In this document: positions 58,508-64,000 of the stretch, in pieces
How positions within the stretch are numbered: the first letter of the stretch is position 1
Layout of the letters: each line of letters opens with the position of its first letter
Assembly: GCA_039745115.1 (NCBI GenBank)
Contig: JBCJRT010000004.1
Coordinates: 33,368 to 97,367 of the forward strand
Source: Solirubrobacteraceae bacterium
GTDB lineage: Bacteria > Actinomycetota > Thermoleophilia > Solirubrobacterales > Solirubrobacteraceae
Length of the DNA: 64,000 bases
Direction: 5' to 3'
Translations under genes and position numbers: made by a program
The notes under the pieces: model-generated
Seen by the model: the letters and a program-made list of their open reading frames with translations, nothing else
Database searches by the model: none
Told to the model about the DNA's origin: nothing

Positions 58508-59290
58508 ATGGCCGGGTCATTAGTTAGCGATCAGCCAGCCGAGGGAGTACTGCGGCTGAGCTTCGCCAATGCGCAGAAGCGCGGCGCGCTCGATCACACA
58601 ATCCTCGACGCGATCGGCGCCGCTGTCAGCGGCGCCAGCGCGCGAGCAATCATCCTGACCGGCGATGGCGACTGGTTCTCAGCCGGTTACGACATCGGTG
58701 ACATCCCGGCCGACAGCTTTGCCGACGAGGCCGAGAAGCTCGTTGCCCACCCGTTTACCAACGCGCTCGATGCACTTGACGCGACCGACATTCCAACCGT
58801 CTGCGCCGTCAACGGCCCGGCGATCGGCGGCGGCCTTGAGCTGGCGCTGGCATGCGACCTACGGGTCAGCGTTGACAGCGCCAAGTTCGGTATGCCGCCG
58901 GCCAAACTTGGGCTCGTTTACTCCTACAGCGGAATGCGCCGCTTCATCGACGCGATCGGCGTGCCGCGCACGCGCGAGCTGTTTCTCGTTGGCCGCCGGA
59001 TCGACGCCGCCCGCGCGCTTGATTGGGGCCTCGTCAATGAGGTTGTCGCAGCGAGCGAACTAGAGGCCAACGCGCTGGCGCTAGCGAGCGAGCTGGCAGG
59101 CAACGCGCCGCTGAGCGTCGCCGGCAACAAACGCGTGATCCGCGAACTGCTGAGCGCTGAAGGCGCCCTGTCAGCCGAAACGCAGGCCGAGCTGATTGCG
59201 CTGCGCGAGGCCTGCTTTGCCTCCGACGACATGCGCGAAGGGATCGCCGCCTTCGCCGAAAAACGTCCGCCGCGCTGGCAGGGAAAGTGA
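58508..59290 (+). CDS. Enoyl-CoA hydratase/isomerase (crotonase) family protein
   Basis: 260 aa. FANAQKRGALD, WFSAGYDI and AVNGPAIGGGLELALACDLRV. Confidence 0.85.
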   Translation: MAGSLVSDQPAEGVLRLSFANAQKRGALDHTILDAIGAAVSGASARAIILTGDGDWFSAGYDIGDIPADSFADEAEKLVAHPFTNALDALDATDIPTVCAVNGPAIGGGLELALACDLRVSVDSAKFGMPPAKLGLVYSYSGMRRFIDAIGVPRTRELFLVGRRIDAARALDWGLVNEVVAASELEANALALASELAGNAPLSVAGNKRVIRELLSAEGALSAETQAELIALREACFASDDMREGIAAFAEKRPPRWQGK

Positions 59291-60069
59291 AAGTCGTTAC
59301 TTGGAACGTCAACTCGCTGCGCGCGAGGCTCGAGCGCGTGTTGGAGTTCCTCGAAGTCCACTCGCCCGACGCACTGCTGCTGCAGGAGACGAAGTGCTCG
59401 CCTGAGCAGTTCCCGGCCGATCAACTCGCCGCCGCGGGCTACGACGTTTGTCACCACAGCGGCGGCCGCTGGGCCGGCGTGGCAGTGCTGGCACCGAAAG
59501 GCCATGGCCTGAAGCAGGCGCAGGTCGGCCTGTCGGGCGAGGCCAGCCCCGATCAGGCGCGCTGGATCGAAGCCGACATCGAATCGCTCGCCGTCCGCGT
59601 TGCCAGCGTCTACGTCGTCAACGGTCAGCAGGTGGGCAGCGAGCCGTTTGCGCAGAAGCTTCAGTTCCTTGCGGCGATGGCCGAGCGCGCCGAGCAGCTG
59701 AAAGGCAGCCGACTAGTCGTCGGCGGCGACATGAACGTCGCGCCGCTCGACATTGACGTCTATGACCCGACTCAGTTCGTCGGCGCAACACATGTGACCG
59801 ATGAGGAGCGCGCCGGCCTGCGGGCCGCCGGCGAGCGAGGCGCGCTGGTCGACGCCTACCGGCTGCTACACGCCGACGAGCCGGGCTTCACCTGGTGGGA
59901 CTACCGCGGCGGCAGCTTCCACCGCGGCTTTGGGCTGCGGATCGACCTGCTGCTGGTCAGCGAGAGCCTCGCTCCGGCGGTAACGTCCTGCGGTATCGAT
60001 CGCGACTTTCGAAAGGGAACAAAGCCGAGCGATCATGCGCCGCTGATTGTCGAGCTGGCTGCCGCCTAA
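59287..60069 (+). CDS. xthA: Exodeoxyribonuclease III
   Basis: 260 aa, in a GTGA overlap with the upstream stop. MKVVTWNVNSLRARLERVLEFL...LLLQETK...SDHAPL. Confidence 0.88.
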   Translation: MKVVTWNVNSLRARLERVLEFLEVHSPDALLLQETKCSPEQFPADQLAAAGYDVCHHSGGRWAGVAVLAPKGHGLKQAQVGLSGEASPDQARWIEADIESLAVRVASVYVVNGQQVGSEPFAQKLQFLAAMAERAEQLKGSRLVVGGDMNVAPLDIDVYDPTQFVGATHVTDEERAGLRAAGERGALVDAYRLLHADEPGFTWWDYRGGSFHRGFGLRIDLLLVSESLAPAVTSCGIDRDFRKGTKPSDHAPLIVELAAA

Positions 60070-60082
60070 GCGCAGCGTGACT

Positions 60083-62011
60083 ATGGCTACCACAGCCGCC
60101 AGCGCGCCGCGCTCACACCGCCGCCTCAACAAGGGCGCCGCCGCGCTAACAGTCGGCGCGCTGGGCGTCGTCTTCGGCGACATCGGCACCAGCCCGCTCT
60201 ATGCGCTGCAAACCGTCTTCTCAGCCAACGGCTTTGCGATCAAACCGACTGAGGCCGACGTATATGGCGTTCTCTCGCTCGTCTTTTGGACGATCATGAT
60301 CATCGTCACGATCGAGTTTGTGATCTTCATCATGCGCGCCGACAATGAGGGCGAGGGCGGCATCATGGCGCTGATCGCGCTCGTTCAAACGGTGGTGCTG
60401 AAGCGGCCGTGGACGAAAGGCGCGCTCGTCGCAGCAGGGCTGTTTGGCGTCGCACTGTTCTTCGGCGATGGGATGATCACACCGGCGATCTCGGTGATGT
60501 CGGCGGTCGAGGGGCTGAAGGTCGCGGCGCCCGCCGCCGCCGAGCTGGTCGTGCCAATTACACTGGTCGTGCTGACGGCGCTATTTGTAATCCAGCGCTT
60601 TGGCACGGGGATCGTCGGTCGACTGTTCGGGCCGGTGATGGTGATCTGGTTCGTGATAATCGGCTTTGCTGGTCTGTCGCGCCTGCTCAGCGACGCCGCG
60701 ATACTGAAGTCGATCCTGCCGACCTACGCGATCGACTTCGGCCTCAGCCATCCGGTCATCTCATTCCTGGCGTTGGGCTCGATCGTGCTGACAATCACCG
60801 GCACCGAAGCGCTCTACGCCGACATGGGTCACTTTGGCCGCCCGGCGATCAGCCGCGCCTGGTTCCTGCTCGTCTTTCCCTGTCTGGTGCTCAACTACAT
60901 GGGGCAGGGTTCGCTGATCCTCGATTCACCAAAGTCGATCTCCAACCCCTTCTTCCTGCTTTTCCCGAACTGGGCGCAGATTCCGATCGTCCTCTTGGCG
61001 ACCGTCGCGACAGTGATCGCCTCACAGGCTGTGATCTCAGGCGCCTTCTCGGTCGCGCGCCAAGCAACGCGGCTCGGCTTCCTGCCGCGAATGAAGATCC
61101 TCCACACCTCCAGCGCCGAGATCGGTCAGGTTTACGCCCCGGCGATCAACTGGGGACTATTCGTCGCCGTCGTCGCTCTGGTCGTTGGCTTCGGCTCTTC
61201 GGCGGCGCTGGCCTCGGCCTATGGCGTTGCCGTGGCCGGCACCTTGGCGATCGACACCTTGCTGTTCCTCGTCATTGTTCGCAAGCTCTGGAAGAAGCCG
61301 CTCTGGATCGTGTTGAGCGGCGGCATCGTCTTCCTGACGATCAACCTGCTCTTCTTGTCAGCCAACCTGACAAAGATCCTCCACGGCGGTTGGTTCCCGG
61401 TCGCCGTTGGCGTGATCATCTTCACGCTAATGATCACTTGGAGCAAGGCGCGCCTGCGGGTCACGCAGATGCGCGCCGAACGGGAAGGATCGCTGCGCGA
61501 CTTCGTGGACGAGCTTGCCGCTATGCAGCCGCCGGTCTCGCAGATTCGGGGAACCGCCGTTTACCTAAACGCCGAGCGCGAAACTGCACCACTGGCGCTG
61601 CGCTCTGCCGTCGCCCATAACCATTCAATCCATGAGCGGGTCGTGATCATCTCGATTCAGACAACGAAGCAGCCGTTTGTCCCCGAGGACCAGCGACTTA
61701 GCGTTGATGAGCTTGGCTACACCGGCGACAACATCGTCCACCTGACAGCGAAGCTCGGCTTCATCGACACCCCCGACGTACCACGGATGCTCGAGCTGGC
61801 TCGCGACGAAGGGCTCGACCCCGATGTTGACGTTGACGGAGCGATCTACTTCCTGTCGCACTTTGAGGTCGTTGCTGGCGGGCCGCTTGCGATGGCGCGC
61901 TGGCGCAAGTGGCTTTTTGTGACGATGGCCCGCAACGCGGCAAGCCCAACCGACTACTTCTGTCTGCCGGCCGACCGCACCGTGACAATTGGCTCACAGA
62001 CAGCCCTGTAA
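60083..62011 (+). CDS. kup: KUP/HAK/KT potassium transporter
   Basis: 642 aa from ATG 60083. GVVFGDIGTSPLYAL, GEGGIMAL and about 12 TM helices plus a cytoplasmic C-domain. Confidence 0.9.
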   Translation: MATTAASAPRSHRRLNKGAAALTVGALGVVFGDIGTSPLYALQTVFSANGFAIKPTEADVYGVLSLVFWTIMIIVTIEFVIFIMRADNEGEGGIMALIALVQTVVLKRPWTKGALVAAGLFGVALFFGDGMITPAISVMSAVEGLKVAAPAAAELVVPITLVVLTALFVIQRFGTGIVGRLFGPVMVIWFVIIGFAGLSRLLSDAAILKSILPTYAIDFGLSHPVISFLALGSIVLTITGTEALYADMGHFGRPAISRAWFLLVFPCLVLNYMGQGSLILDSPKSISNPFFLLFPNWAQIPIVLLATVATVIASQAVISGAFSVARQATRLGFLPRMKILHTSSAEIGQVYAPAINWGLFVAVVALVVGFGSSAALASAYGVAVAGTLAIDTLLFLVIVRKLWKKPLWIVLSGGIVFLTINLLFLSANLTKILHGGWFPVAVGVIIFTLMITWSKARLRVTQMRAEREGSLRDFVDELAAMQPPVSQIRGTAVYLNAERETAPLALRSAVAHNHSIHERVVIISIQTTKQPFVPEDQRLSVDELGYTGDNIVHLTAKLGFIDTPDVPRMLELARDEGLDPDVDVDGAIYFLSHFEVVAGGPLAMARWRKWLFVTMARNAASPTDYFCLPADRTVTIGSQTAL

Positions 62012-62020
62012 CGGCCGCCT

Positions 62021-62302
62021 TCAGCTGTAGTTGTCGAGCCCCGGTGCCTTGGCGCCGGCCGTGAACTCGGCCGCCAGCTGGTAGTCAACAACACCGGCGG
62101 CGACGTACGGATCAGCCTCAAAAAGTGCCAGCGCGTCGACGCCGTCGGCTGCGCTCAGAACAATCACCGAGCCGTCACCGCTGGCGCGCCTGCCACTGGC
62201 GACAATCCGGCCGGCGGCGACAAGGCCGCCGATGAACTCGAGGTGTGCGGCGCGGTGCTCATCAACCTGATCGAGCGGTGCCGTGTAGTTGCCAAAGATC
62301 AC
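62021..62302 (-). CDS. YciI-like protein (N-terminus appears shortened)
   Basis: 93 aa from GTG 62302. HRAAHLEFIGGLVAAGRIVASG...FEADPYVAAGVV is YciI-like. The upstream in-frame codons read DWPIFV and hold no start codon. Confidence 0.6.
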   Translation of the reverse strand: MIFGNYTAPLDQVDEHRAAHLEFIGGLVAAGRIVASGRRASGDGSVIVLSAADGVDALALFEADPYVAAGVVDYQLAAEFTAGAKAPGLDNYS

Positions 62303-62341
62303 GAAGATCGGCCAATCACACCAGATCGGCGCCGATGATGC

Positions 62342-63883
62342 TCAGCGCTGGCCCTGCGCGGCGACCTTGAGGATCGATCCGTCGATCAGCCACTCAACCG
62401 GTGCAAGGTCGTCGCTGAATACGTCGCCGCCGGGCAGCGGCGGGCCTAGGCGAGCCGCCGCGGCGAGCGCTAGTGGACGCAGCTGCGCAGGCATCAGACC
62501 GGACTTCGCGCCAGCGCGCAGCTGCGCGGCGGATGCCGGTCCGTTGGCGCCGAGCAGGATCGTGTTGACGCGTTCACTGGGGTCACGCAGCACGGTCGTG
62601 AACTGCGTCTTCATCGTCGCTGCCATCGCGGCCTCGAGCTCGGTGCTGCCTTCCGGGTGACCAACGTTGACCATTACGATGCCGCCAGGGTTCAGATGCT
62701 CGGCGACTAAACCGAAAAACTCGGTGGTTGTCAGGTAGAACGGGATGTAGGGCTGGCGGTAGGCGTCGACGAAGATTGCGTCCCAGCGCCGCTTGCTGGT
62801 GCGCAGAAAGGGCCTCGCGTCGGCCGTATGGAGGTACAGATTCGGCGCCTTTAGGTCAAACAGGCGGCGGCCGACGTCGCTGAGCTGACCATCGATCTCA
62901 ACCCCGTCAACGCGCGTATCGGGATAGAAATGGCCGTAGGCGCGCGCGACTGTCCCTGCCCCGTTGCCAAGGACCGCCAGTGAACGCGGCGGCGTCGCCA
63001 TTGCCGCCCAGGGCAGCACAAGCGGCTTGTCCCAGATGTTGTTCGTCAGCCAGCTCCCTTTGCGGTAGAGCGAGTGGATGGCCTGACCTTCATTCAGCTC
63101 CAGCCAGCGCTCGCCGTCTTTGAACTGCACGACGCGGGCGTACTGATATGGCGTTTCGCTCTCCCAGATCACACTTGAAGCGTCGGCCGTCTTGATTGCG
63201 CCAACCGGCGCGATAAGCGCTGCGGCGATCAGCAGCGGCAGCGCAATCCAGCGCCAGTTAAGCGCCGGCAGCGCGACCAGCGCCAGCGCCAGCGCAAAGA
63301 GGATGAAGGTGCGTCGCGTGCCAAGCAGCGGCACCAGCAGCAGCGCACTGAGGAAGACTCCGGTCAGGCTGCCGAGCGTTGAGATCGCGTAGAGGCGACC
63401 GGCGACATTGCCAGCCTCAGCGACATCCTTGACGCTGAGCCGCACGGCGTACGGCGCAACCGCCCCGAGCACTACGACCGGGAAGGCGATCAGCACCATA
63501 ACCGCCAGCAGCGAGCCAACGAAGGCACCGGCCTCAACCTGATCGAGCGCCTGAACCGAGACGCTAAGGAATGGCCTGGCGATAAACGGCACCACTGTCA
63601 GCAGCGCAGCAGCGATCATCACGAGGCGCGCCATCCCGGCGACGGTCGGATCACGGTCGGCCAGCCGGCCACCGAACCAATAACCGATGCTCAAGGCAAC
63701 GAGCACCGTCGCGATCGTGTTCGCCCAGACGATTGTCGATGCACCAAACCACGGCGCGATCAGACGCATTGCGGCAATTTCAGATCCGAGCGATCCTGCG
63801 CCGACAACGAAGACAATCGCGACAATCAGTCGGGGTATGGGGAGAAGTCCTTCCTGCGGGCACCGCAGACCGGGCAGTACCAA
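62342..63883 (-). CDS. Fused polytopic-membrane / spermidine-synthase-like (aminopropyl/methyltransferase fold) protein
   Basis: 513 aa. The N-terminal ~7 TM helices (SLGSEIAAMRLIAPWFGASTIVWANTIA) are joined to a SpeE-like domain (SLAVLGNGAGTVARAY...DAIFVDAY). The TTG start at 63883 lies inside the rubredoxin gene, so the start is uncertain. Confidence 0.75.
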   Translation of the reverse strand: MVLPGLRCPQEGLLPIPRLIVAIVFVVGAGSLGSEIAAMRLIAPWFGASTIVWANTIATVLVALSIGYWFGGRLADRDPTVAGMARLVMIAAALLTVVPFIARPFLSVSVQALDQVEAGAFVGSLLAVMVLIAFPVVVLGAVAPYAVRLSVKDVAEAGNVAGRLYAISTLGSLTGVFLSALLLVPLLGTRRTFILFALALALVALPALNWRWIALPLLIAAALIAPVGAIKTADASSVIWESETPYQYARVVQFKDGERWLELNEGQAIHSLYRKGSWLTNNIWDKPLVLPWAAMATPPRSLAVLGNGAGTVARAYGHFYPDTRVDGVEIDGQLSDVGRRLFDLKAPNLYLHTADARPFLRTSKRRWDAIFVDAYRQPYIPFYLTTTEFFGLVAEHLNPGGIVMVNVGHPEGSTELEAAMAATMKTQFTTVLRDPSERVNTILLGANGPASAAQLRAGAKSGLMPAQLRPLALAAAARLGPPLPGGDVFSDDLAPVEWLIDGSILKVAAQGQR

Positions 63884-64000
63884 GTCTCAGGGATGTCGGC
63901 GAACTGGGTTCCGGGGGGAATACCGCCGTCGGGATCGCCCTCATCCGGATCGTAGATATAGCCGCACGATTCGCAGATCCACCTGGTTACTGTTGCGTCA
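63826..64000 (-). CDS. Rubredoxin (5' end outside window)
   Basis: The minus-strand translation ...RWICESCGYIYDPDEGDPDGGIPPGTQFADIPETWYCPVCGARRKDFSPYPD* contains both CXXCG knuckles. Stop at 63826-63828. Confidence 0.85.
   Translation of the reverse strand, partial: DATVTRWICESCGYIYDPDEGDPDGGIPPGTQFADIPETWYCPVCGARRKDFSPYPD

Overview
The window is visibly high-GC (roughly two-thirds G+C by eye, not computed) and very densely coding. I call about 70 protein-coding genes. I saw no rRNA, tRNA, CRISPR array, IS element or prophage.

The gene content points to a chromosomal core region of an Actinomycetota genome, possibly a deep-branching one; that is inference. The relevant genes are mIHF, HemQ, a YrbE-Mkl-Mce6 locus, MMPL and DUF3618/holin-X-type small membrane proteins.

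Main blocks, in order:
1. MoxR-type ATPase plus CoxE-type VWA protein, an EthA-like flavin monooxygenase, cspA and an orphan binding lipoprotein.
2. A GNAT-like gene and an alpha-oxoamine-synthase gene placed head to head, 14 nt apart.
3. mihF.
4. A 16.7-kb block (8420-25170) of 18 minus-strand genes with almost no gaps: 2 YrbE permeases, an ABC ATPase, 6 Mce paralogs, an MMPL/RND pump, a thioredoxin-fold protein with a degenerate CXXC, a B3/4-domain protein, two unknowns and a VOC enzyme.
5. amtB-glnK diverging from a type III glutamine synthetase gene.
6. metE with a structured leader. Upstream of it lie a pentapeptide-repeat gene flanked by a 26-nt direct repeat, a truncated paralog remnant and a GIY-YIG gene.
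7. A GT4/flippase-like fusion gene and a large ectodomain-plus-polytopic membrane protein.
8. hemQ translationally coupled to an FNR-like flavoprotein, then an AlkA-like glycosylase and an IscA/BolA/CGFS-glutaredoxin group.
9. DegV and four tiny membrane proteins.
10. TetR, a nitrilase-superfamily gene and a DUF2804-like gene.
11. An acyl-CoA catabolic cluster with a partnerless carboxyltransferase, a BKACE enzyme, MmsA, a family III CoA-transferase and two tandem ACADs.
12. A GT2-glpK-acyltransferase operon, an orphan 70-aa biotin carrier, xthA, kup, a YciI-like gene, a fused membrane/spermidine-synthase-like gene and a partial rubredoxin.

Recurrent architecture: stop/start overlaps (ATGA, GTGA, TGATG, TAATG), and divergent gene pairs only 14-39 nt apart whose start codons are preceded by TANNNT at 6-9 nt, which suggests leaderless transcripts.

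All family assignments were made by eye from motifs. No database search or computation was possible.
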